Of a stretch of 31,704 nt of DNA, positions 24,961-31,704 are shown piece by piece. The position numbers were made by a program, and so were the translations under genes. The stretch's first letter is position 1. Every line of letters starts with the position of its first letter. Source of the stretch: Thermoplasmata archaeon (GTDB lineage: Archaea > Thermoplasmatota > Thermoplasmata > Lutacidiplasmatales > UBA184). The notes beneath the pieces were generated by a model. The model was given only the letters and a program-made list of their open reading frames with translations. It was not told where the DNA came from and ran no database searches. Location of the stretch: assembly GCA_028864975.1 (NCBI GenBank), contig JAGWLG010000039.1, positions 1 through 31,704 of the forward strand. Direction: 5' to 3'.

Positions 24961-26606
24961 CCCCGACCAAAGATGGGGGCACTCCCACGCCCCGCCCCAA
25001 GACCCAGGGCCCCGGCCACGACCCCCACGCGAAGACCGCGGAGACCTTCGACCGCAGGTACGCCTACGGGATCATCGCCCTCATGGCCGGGATGGTCATG
25101 ACGGTCATGTACATCGAGGGCATGCTCACGCCCTCGCTCCCGCAGATCAAGGACGAGTTCGGGGTCGACTACGGGCAGGTGAGCCTGGTCCTCTCCGCCT
25201 ACCTGGTGACCGGGGTCGCGCTCAGCCCCATCGCCGGCAAGCTCGGAGATGTCTACGGCAAGAAGCGGGTCCTGACGTTCGTCTTGGTGATCTATGCCGC
25301 GGCGGTATCGGTGACCGGCTTTTCCCCAACGTTCCCCTTCATGGTCGGGTCTCGAGCCGTGCAGGGCGTGGGGCTCACGGTCTTCCCGCTGGCCATGAGC
25401 CTCGTCAGGGAAGAGTTCCCGAGGGAGATGATCCCGCGAGCCCAGGGTCTTCTGAGCGGGCTCTTCGGGGCAGGGTTCGCAGTGAGCCTGCCGCTCGGAG
25501 CGTTCGTCTCGAACACGTGGGGGTGGAGGTGGACGTATCACTCGGCGATCCCGCTCGTGATCCTCCTCACGGTGCTGGCCTTCGTCTACCTCCGCGAGTC
25601 CCCGTACCGGAGGCCGAACGCGTTCGTCGACTACCTTGGAGCGGCCTTCCTCGCGGGCTCGCTCTCGTTCATCGTCCTGGGACTTTCCCAAGGACCGGTC
25701 TGGGGCTGGACCCAATGGCACGCCACGTCGGTCCTAGGCCTGCCTTTGGGAGTCCCGGAGCTCTTCGCCGCGGGCATCCTCCTCCTGCTACCCACCGCGT
25801 ATGTGGAGGTCTGGTACCATCGTGCTTCGAAGGAGATCATCCTCGACCCCCGCCTGCTCGGGATGCGCAACGTGCTTGTGGTCAATCTGATCATCACGAT
25901 CGCGGGGTTCGGGATGTTCCTGGGGTTCCAGGCGATCACCTTCCTCCTCTCGGACCCGACGAGCGTGGGGGGTTACGCCCTTGACACGTTCCACATCGGC
26001 CTCTCCTTCATTGCCTTCGCGGTCCCCATGCTGATCTTCGCCCCCCTGGCCTCCATTCTCATCACCAAGACCGGCACCAAGCCCTTGACCATCGTGGGAA
26101 GCCTGGTCGGCGCGATCGGGTTCCTGCTCGCGACCCAGACCCACTCACTGGACGAGCTTCTGGCGGCGATGTTCGTCACCGGAGCCGGGATCGCGGTCCT
26201 GAACGCCTCGGTCATCAACCTCCTGGTCCTGACCGTGGAGCCCCGAGAGATGGGGCTCGCGACCTCCATGAACGGGACGTTCCGTAATCTCGGAAGCTCG
26301 CTAGGCGCGCCCCTCGCAGGGTCGATCATGTCCACCTACATCGTCTACGCGAAGACCCAGGTCCCTGGCGTGCCCGTTCCCGTGCCGGTTCCCTACCCTG
26401 GCTCCACGGCGTTCCTCTACACGTTCATGATCGCGGCGGTGGTCATGGCTTTCGCGGGCGTCCTCGCGGTCTTCGGAAGGGAGATCCTGGGGAAGAGGGC
26501 CGTGCGCGGTGCGCTGGCGAGCGACGAACGGGACCCCCAGGAGACGGATCGAGGACTACCCTCCCAGACCAAGGAACCCGCGGTGGCGGCTTCGCGGTCA
26601 AGCTAG
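24957..26606 (+). CDS. MFS transporter, DHA2/EmrB-like (about 14 TM)
   Basis: ATGA overlap with the marR stop, motif A GKLGDVYGKK, SRAVQGVG, and GAFVSNTWGWRW. Confidence 0.9.
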   Translation: MTPTKDGGTPTPRPKTQGPGHDPHAKTAETFDRRYAYGIIALMAGMVMTVMYIEGMLTPSLPQIKDEFGVDYGQVSLVLSAYLVTGVALSPIAGKLGDVYGKKRVLTFVLVIYAAAVSVTGFSPTFPFMVGSRAVQGVGLTVFPLAMSLVREEFPREMIPRAQGLLSGLFGAGFAVSLPLGAFVSNTWGWRWTYHSAIPLVILLTVLAFVYLRESPYRRPNAFVDYLGAAFLAGSLSFIVLGLSQGPVWGWTQWHATSVLGLPLGVPELFAAGILLLLPTAYVEVWYHRASKEIILDPRLLGMRNVLVVNLIITIAGFGMFLGFQAITFLLSDPTSVGGYALDTFHIGLSFIAFAVPMLIFAPLASILITKTGTKPLTIVGSLVGAIGFLLATQTHSLDELLAAMFVTGAGIAVLNASVINLLVLTVEPREMGLATSMNGTFRNLGSSLGAPLAGSIMSTYIVYAKTQVPGVPVPVPVPYPGSTAFLYTFMIAAVVMAFAGVLAVFGREILGKRAVRGALASDERDPQETDRGLPSQTKEPAVAASRSS

Positions 26607-26655
26607 ACACGCTCTCCCCAGACCGAGACCGGGGGCACCCGTGCCGGTGGCGCCC

Positions 26656-27054
26656 TCAGTGACCACCCTTGGCCGCGTGCACCTTGTAGGCCTCGGCTTC
26701 GAGGAGCGGGGTCTGCCCGGGCCCTGTGATCTTGAGCTTGAAAAGCCACCCCTTGCCGTAGGGGTCCTTGTTCACGAGCTCCGGGTGCGCCTTGAGCTCG
26801 ACGTTGACCTCGGAGATCTGGCCCTCGAAAGGGCAGTAGATGTCCGCGACCGTCTTCACCGACTCGAGCACCATGATCGGTTGTTTCGGCTTCCCCTCCT
26901 TCCCGACCGCGGGAAGGTCGACGAAGACCACATCGGTCAGCTCCGCCTGGGCGTGGTCGGTGATGCCCACGGTGGCCACATCGCCCTCCCGTCGGACCCA
27001 CTCGTGGCTCTCGGTGTAGCGAAGGTCCTGGGGCAGTTTCTCTTGGACGGTCAT
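26656..27054 (-). CDS. gcvH: Glycine cleavage system H protein (lipoyl carrier)
   Basis: LRYTESHEWVR, VGITDHAQAELTDVVFVDLP, lipoyl-Lys in LESVKTVADIY, and LVNKDPYGKGWLFK. ATG 27054 overlaps the ahcY stop by 4 nt. Confidence 0.95.
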   Translation of the reverse strand: MTVQEKLPQDLRYTESHEWVRREGDVATVGITDHAQAELTDVVFVDLPAVGKEGKPKQPIMVLESVKTVADIYCPFEGQISEVNVELKAHPELVNKDPYGKGWLFKLKITGPGQTPLLEAEAYKVHAAKGGH

Positions 27055-28301
27055 GTACCTTCCTGCCAACTCTCCAGGTATTTCTGTTGCGCGGATGTGA
27101 GCTCGTCCACCTCGGCGCCGTAGGGTCGAAGGGCCGCTCGGGCCACGGCGCGGTCGAGAGGCTCGGGGACCGGGTAGACCCCGGGCATCATGCCCTTCCC
27201 CGCTTTCTTGAGGTGCTCCGCTGACAGGGCCTGGAGCGCGAAGCTCATGTCCATGATCTCGACCGGGTGGCCCTGACCGGCGGCCAGGTTCACCAGTCGA
27301 CCTTCCGCGAGGAGGTAGATCCGACGGCCATCGGCCATCCGGAACTCCTCCACGCTCCCTCGGACCTTCCGCTTCTCGACCGCGAGGCCCTCGAGGTCCT
27401 TCTTGTTGATCTCGACGTCGAAGTGCCCAGCGTTGGCGAGGCAGCATCCGCTCTTCATCACCTTGAGATGCTCTGCCCGGACGACGTCGGTGCATCCCGT
27501 CACGGTGACGATGAAGTCCGCCTGTCGGACCGCGTCCAGCATCCGCATCACGCGGAACCCTTCCATGCGCGCTTCGAGCGCACGAGAGGGGTCCACTTCG
27601 GTGACCACCACGTCCGCGCCAAGCCCCCGCAGACGCGAGGCGACCCCCTTTCCGCACCAGCCGTACCCGGCGACGACCGCGGTCTTCCCAGCGACCACGA
27701 GGTTAGTCGAGGAGAAGATGCCGTCCAGCGTCGATTGACCGGTGCCGAACCGGTTGTCGAAGAGGTGCTTCATCGTGGCGTCGTTGACATCGATCGCCGG
27801 CCAGGGGAGCTTCCCCTGCTTCTGCATCGCCCGGAGCCGGACCACGCCCGTGGTCGTCTCCTCGGTGCTGCCCAGGACCTTCCCCCGCTGACCCTTCCCT
27901 CGCTCGATCGCGGCGGCCACAAGGTCCGACCCGTCATCGATGATGATATCCGGGTCCGCATCCAGCATCTCCTGGATGCCTCGCCGGTAGTCCGTCAGCG
28001 ACTCGCCCTTGACCGCGAAGGTCTCCACCCCTTCGTGAAGGACGTGGGCGACCGCATCATCGTCCGTGCTGAGGGGGTTCGAGGCGGCCATGTGGACGTC
28101 CCCCCCACCCGCTTGGAGGGCCAGGGCGAGGGCACAGGTCTTGGATTCCACGTGGAGAACGAGCGAAAGGGTCAGACCCTTGAACGGCTGCTCCTTCTCG
28201 AACCGGGCGCGTATCTCCTCAAGGATCGGCATGTGGGCGCGCGCCCACTCGACCTTTCGAGTTCCTGCTACGAGGTCTCCGACCGGCTTCGGCTTGGGCA
28301 C
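27051..28301 (-). CDS. ahcY: Adenosylhomocysteinase (SAH hydrolase)
   Basis: NPLSTDD, IIDDGSD, EETTTGV, KHLFDNRFGTGQS, GYGWCGKG, NAGHFDVEI and EGRLVNLAAGQGHP. SD-like GGTGAG upstream of the GTG. Confidence 0.96.
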   Translation of the reverse strand: MPKPKPVGDLVAGTRKVEWARAHMPILEEIRARFEKEQPFKGLTLSLVLHVESKTCALALALQAGGGDVHMAASNPLSTDDDAVAHVLHEGVETFAVKGESLTDYRRGIQEMLDADPDIIIDDGSDLVAAAIERGKGQRGKVLGSTEETTTGVVRLRAMQKQGKLPWPAIDVNDATMKHLFDNRFGTGQSTLDGIFSSTNLVVAGKTAVVAGYGWCGKGVASRLRGLGADVVVTEVDPSRALEARMEGFRVMRMLDAVRQADFIVTVTGCTDVVRAEHLKVMKSGCCLANAGHFDVEINKKDLEGLAVEKRKVRGSVEEFRMADGRRIYLLAEGRLVNLAAGQGHPVEIMDMSFALQALSAEHLKKAGKGMMPGVYPVPEPLDRAVARAALRPYGAEVDELTSAQQKYLESWQEGT

Positions 28302-28343
28302 CTGTTCTCACCGCCCCGGCGCGGCACTTGGGGGAGGTTCTTA

Positions 28344-28493
28344 CGCCTTCGGGTGCAGCCTTGGTTCGCTCCGCAGCTGGCGGCCCCGACGTTCCTTGGG
28401 GGATCCCGCATGGAGACCCCCGTGGCCGGCGCGTTGCCAGGGCGAGCGCGTGGGGGGCCTGAGTTCGCTCCGAGGCATCGCCCTTCGCCCTGG
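28344..28493. ncRNA. Candidate structured intergenic RNA or terminator element (family unknown)
   Basis: A 9-bp stem CCAGGGCGA (28437-28445) / TCGCCCTGG (28485-28493) encloses GCCT-GAG-TTCG-CTC-cg-AGGC. A second hairpin is CGCC-TTCG-GGTG (28344-28355). GTTCGCTCCG occurs at both 28364 and 28463. Confidence 0.25.
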
Positions 28494-28500
28494 GTCGGGC

Positions 28501-30840
28501 TCAGGCGGGGGACCGTCGGGAACGATGCTCGACCCGCGGAAGTACGGCCCAGCTCAGTCCTTCCGCTACAAGGACGGTCAGCAGGAAGGGGGAATCGAGG
28601 TACCAGGGCGTGAAGGGCTGGTCCTGGCTGACGAAGAGCGTCGTTCCAAGAGAGCTGAGCGTGGTCGTGGAGCTCCCCGTACGGCCGTACGGCAAGCTCG
28701 AAGGGTTCTCCTGGAGAGCTCGGGGGAACAGTGGCGCGAGCACCGGGTTCGCGGGAAGTTCGAAGTGCAGCGCCGTGGGAGCGGGGAATCCCTCGGATGC
28801 AGAGAAAGGGTAGGGTGCTCGCGGGGAGTTCCCCAGGTCAAAAAGGTCGAGGGGGAGACTCGAGTCGGCGACGAACGCATTCAACGCCGGAAGGCCCCAG
28901 TTGTAGTCGACGAAGGCGAGCCAGGAGGCGTGGTTCATCACCGTGTGGGAGACGTAGTCTTCCTTGGCATAGGGAGAGACCACGATGAGCGGCACGCGCT
29001 CGCCTTGCTGAACCCCGTCCAGGGACGGGGGAGCGACATGGTCGTAGAACCCGCCCCCCTCGTCGTAGGTGATGACCAAGGCGGTGGAGTTCCACTCGGG
29101 ACTCTCCATCAAGAGATTCACCCAGTAGAGCAGCCACATCTCCCCCCAGAGCATGTCGCTCCCGGGGCCCTGACTGATGCCGGCCGGTGCCCCTCCGTCC
29201 ACAGGGCGCAACCAGGATACCGCTGGCAAGGTTCCCGAGGTCACGCTCGACTCGAGGTTTCCCCAGCTGCCGATCTGGGCTGCGTTCGGCGAGAGACCGG
29301 CGATGTCGTGGAGCACGCCAATCCCCTGCTGGGGGTTGTCCACGTAGTATCCCCAGCTCACCCCGAAACTCGACAGCTCTCCAAAGATGGTCTGGTCCAG
29401 GGGCAGGTAGGGGGGCGGACCGTAGTCGTTCGTGACCGGTGAGTACCCGGCATACGAGTAGAGATGGTTGGGGTTCGACTCGGTCATGACGCTCGCGTAG
29501 TAGGCATCCCCGAAGGCGTACTCCTCGGCCAGGTCCCACTCGGGGGCCATCTGGTCCGCCGTGAAGGTGGTGAGAGCGTTCGTCCCGGAGCCTCCGGGGG
29601 AGAGCCAGCCATCCATCCTCCCCTGGTCCCAGTCGATATGGTAGGGGGAGTAGCCCTCGAGCGGGTCTCCCGTGGTCCAGGTCCCGTTCGGCACGACACT
29701 GAGCCCCTGGGGGGAGCATCCGGAGGGAGGGACCTGCGAGCTCGCGCAGTCCCAGTGGTCGGAAGCGTTCTCCAAGCCGTTCGGGACGGTCACCTCTGGG
29801 GCCAAGCCCATGGTCTCTCCGTTCGAGGTGAGGAAGGGGTACATGCCGAAGTAGTTGTCATAGGCGTGGTTCTCGAGCATGATGATGACCAGGTGTTGGA
29901 TGGGGGTCCTCGTCGTGGCCGAGAGCCCCAGATGGGCGGGCGAGCGATAGGAAATGGCGGGCGCCGAGGTCGGTATCGACCCAGGAAGGGTTGCAAGAAG
30001 GATCACGGCGAGGGCCAAGGCGGCAAGTCCCTCGGAAGCTCGGGGGCGCTTCGGTGGTAGGCTCCCTATCGACTTGACCACGCTACGCATCGAGGAGGAC
30101 GGCACCCAGGCCGAAGAGGCCTGGCTCCGGGCTCCCTCCGAGCCCGGATCGCCCACAGCGCGCGCTCCGGGCCGTGCTGGGCCCCCCTCCTCGCTTTCGC
30201 GCCCGGGTCCGGAGAAGTCGCTTCCGCCACGGGAAGACCGAGCCTTCCGTCGAGCCAAAGCGAAGGCCAGCAGCAACAGCCCCGCTGCGAGGGCCTCCGT
30301 CACGAGGACGATGTAGGGAAAGCCCCCGAAACCCAAAGAAGCGTAGATGAGCGAGTCCACCACGGCCATGACGATGGGGCCCACGGCAAGCGCCATGGCC
30401 CACCCGTAGGCCTTCCTCGAGCTTCGCACCCGGCCCCACGCCGGAAGTCCGACCACCGCGACAGGCGTGCCCGCCACCGCCACGAGGATCGACCGCGCGA
30501 AGAGGTCGGTCGGGGTGATCACCGGGTAGGCTGCGTCGAGCTCCGCGAGGACGGCGACGCCCACCACGGCCACGATCGTGCTCCAGAGGAGAGGCCGGGG
30601 CAGGCGTTGGGCCATGACCGCGCCCAGCACAGGAAAGAGCAGGGCCCCCACGATGAGTCCGCCGAGGAGTTCCACCTCCGCCCTCGGATCTCCGAGCAGG
30701 TTGAGAAGTCCGGTGGCATCGACAACGACGACCAGGGAGAGGCCGCACAGGAAGGCGGAGAGACCGAACCTCCCCGCCCCTCGAAGGCGGGGGTGAGCAG
30801 GCGAGGGTTCACGAGCTGGCACAGCGACTTCGGAGTGCAT
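28501..30840 (-). CDS. Phosphoesterase (phospholipase C / acid phosphatase AcpA superfamily) with an N-terminal polytopic membrane domain and C-terminal anchor
   Basis: IQHLVIIMLENHAYDNYFG, TESNPNHLY, YDEGGGFYDHVAPP, GERVPLIVVSPYAK and HTVMNHASWLAF. SD-like GAGGTG lies upstream of ATG 30840. Confidence 0.87.
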   Translation of the reverse strand: MHSEVAVPAREPSPAHPRLRGAGRFGLSAFLCGLSLVVVVDATGLLNLLGDPRAEVELLGGLIVGALLFPVLGAVMAQRLPRPLLWSTIVAVVGVAVLAELDAAYPVITPTDLFARSILVAVAGTPVAVVGLPAWGRVRSSRKAYGWAMALAVGPIVMAVVDSLIYASLGFGGFPYIVLVTEALAAGLLLLAFALARRKARSSRGGSDFSGPGRESEEGGPARPGARAVGDPGSEGARSQASSAWVPSSSMRSVVKSIGSLPPKRPRASEGLAALALAVILLATLPGSIPTSAPAISYRSPAHLGLSATTRTPIQHLVIIMLENHAYDNYFGMYPFLTSNGETMGLAPEVTVPNGLENASDHWDCASSQVPPSGCSPQGLSVVPNGTWTTGDPLEGYSPYHIDWDQGRMDGWLSPGGSGTNALTTFTADQMAPEWDLAEEYAFGDAYYASVMTESNPNHLYSYAGYSPVTNDYGPPPYLPLDQTIFGELSSFGVSWGYYVDNPQQGIGVLHDIAGLSPNAAQIGSWGNLESSVTSGTLPAVSWLRPVDGGAPAGISQGPGSDMLWGEMWLLYWVNLLMESPEWNSTALVITYDEGGGFYDHVAPPSLDGVQQGERVPLIVVSPYAKEDYVSHTVMNHASWLAFVDYNWGLPALNAFVADSSLPLDLFDLGNSPRAPYPFSASEGFPAPTALHFELPANPVLAPLFPRALQENPSSLPYGRTGSSTTTLSSLGTTLFVSQDQPFTPWYLDSPFLLTVLVAEGLSWAVLPRVEHRSRRSPA

Positions 30841-30989
30841 CGGTGGCCCCACCTCGGAGCCCGTCTTCATCCTTACGACTCGCGGCCGGGCCTCGCTCGC
30901 GACCTGAAGATGCCCTGCGGTGGCTCGCCACCAGGACTGCGGCGCGATCCTCCCCTCTGAGCGAGGGACCGGCGGGAGCCCTCCAGACC

Positions 30990-31703
30990 CTACTTCTTCG
31001 GAGTGACGTCCCTCGCCGGGTGATCTTCCTCTTCCTTCCACTCGAGGCGGCCCGTCGGAGCGAGGTGGTCCAAGCGGCCCCCGGTGGGCTGGGAGTTCGA
31101 GTCCTCATCCCAGGATTCGGAGAGGCCCTTCTTGGCCTCGGGAGCCTCCTCCTTCTTCTCTCCCTCCCACGGGGGAAGCGTCGAGGTCGATTCCTTCGCG
31201 GCCGCCTCGGACGGCCCCTTCTTGCGGCGCCGCATGTAGAGCAGCAGCAGCAGTACCGCAACGATGATCGCTGCGAGGATCGGGAGCAGTACGTAGGGGC
31301 TGGCGAGACCCCCGCTGAGCGGACCTGGGGTCTTGGACGGGGCCTTGTTGATGGTGATGGTCGCGGGTGACGAAGACACCGTCTTCCCGTTGAGGATCCC
31401 GGTTACGGTAACGGTGACCGTGCCCGAGGACGATCCTGCCGTGAAGACCACGGTGGTCCCGGAACTCGAGCTCAAGGTCCCCATGTCGGTCGGCGAGACG
31501 GACCACTGATAGGCCACCCAGGACGGGCACGACCCTCCCGAACACTGCGGGGTCACTGAGAAGGCCTGGGTCGCGCCGGTCTGGACCGAGGCGGTGCCTG
31601 GGCTCACCGTGAGACCCGAGAGCTCCACGAGGACCTGAAGCGGAACCTGGGTGGTCCCCGCGGTCCCGAGCAGGCTCGCGTTCAACGTGAGGTTGCCGAA
31701 CCC
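30990..31703 (-). CDS. C-terminal part of a large surface protein (Ig-like domains, TM anchor, acidic cytoplasmic tail); 5'-truncated at window edge
   Basis: The frame is open to the window end (GFGNLTLNASLLG...). It has a Big_2-like segment LTVSPGTASVQTGATQAFSV...YQWSV, the TM YVLLPILAAIIVAVLLLLLYM, then RRRKK. Confidence 0.8.
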   Translation of the reverse strand, partial: GFGNLTLNASLLGTAGTTQVPLQVLVELSGLTVSPGTASVQTGATQAFSVTPQCSGGSCPSWVAYQWSVSPTDMGTLSSSSGTTVVFTAGSSSGTVTVTVTGILNGKTVSSSPATITINKAPSKTPGPLSGGLASPYVLLPILAAIIVAVLLLLLYMRRRKKGPSEAAAKESTSTLPPWEGEKKEEAPEAKKGLSESWDEDSNSQPTGGRLDHLAPTGRLEWKEEEDHPARDVTPKK

Positions 31704-31704
31704 G

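Noticed and set aside
28320-28500. SAH/SAM riboswitch, tRNA, SRP RNA or RNase P RNA upstream of ahcY
   Set aside because: Only fragments resemble these (CTGCGGAGCG, GGTTCG). The required conserved cores and cloverleaf were not found by eye, so it is kept only as an unassigned structured candidate.
1-31704. CRISPR array, IS element, integrase or shufflon recombinase, intein in PpsA
   Set aside because: There are no regularly spaced repeats and no transposase or recombinase motifs, and PpsA has normal length (798 aa). Any recombinase acting on the adhesin pair would have to be encoded outside the window or be the general RadA pathway.

Overview
High-GC archaeal DNA, most consistent with a Thermoplasmata-type genome. 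That assignment is an inference from the archaeal-type phosphoglycerate mutase, Trm5-like methyltransferase, HAD-ECH fusion, class III signal peptide and TATA-like promoters. The first 10.2 kb hold two tandem paralogous giant surface proteins: the first is 5'-truncated at the window edge and the second is about 1,781 aa. The complete one starts with an archaeal type IV pilin (class III) signal peptide. It continues with a pilin-sized domain, Ig/CARDB-like domains, two alpha/beta modules and two jelly-roll-like domains. Bases 1-127 are 100% identical to 5311-5437, the end of the pilin-sized domain, whereas the rest of the two genes is heavily diverged at synonymous sites and differs in Cys-bounded loops. 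This suggests a constant pilin module carrying variable adhesin payloads, and is the best candidate for an undescribed system here. The rest of the window is a zinc-ribbon membrane protein, apgM-trm5-ppsA, a membrane-anchored GH5 enzyme divergent from a 3-hydroxyacyl-CoA dehydrogenase/enoyl-CoA hydratase, a membrane/OB-fold-like protein, an ABC-2 exporter divergent from marR-MFS, ahcY-gcvH, a membrane-fused phosphoesterase and a truncated surface protein. I found no CRISPR array, tRNA/rRNA gene, transposase, integrase or reverse transcriptase. Domain names come from motif recognition by eye, not database searches.
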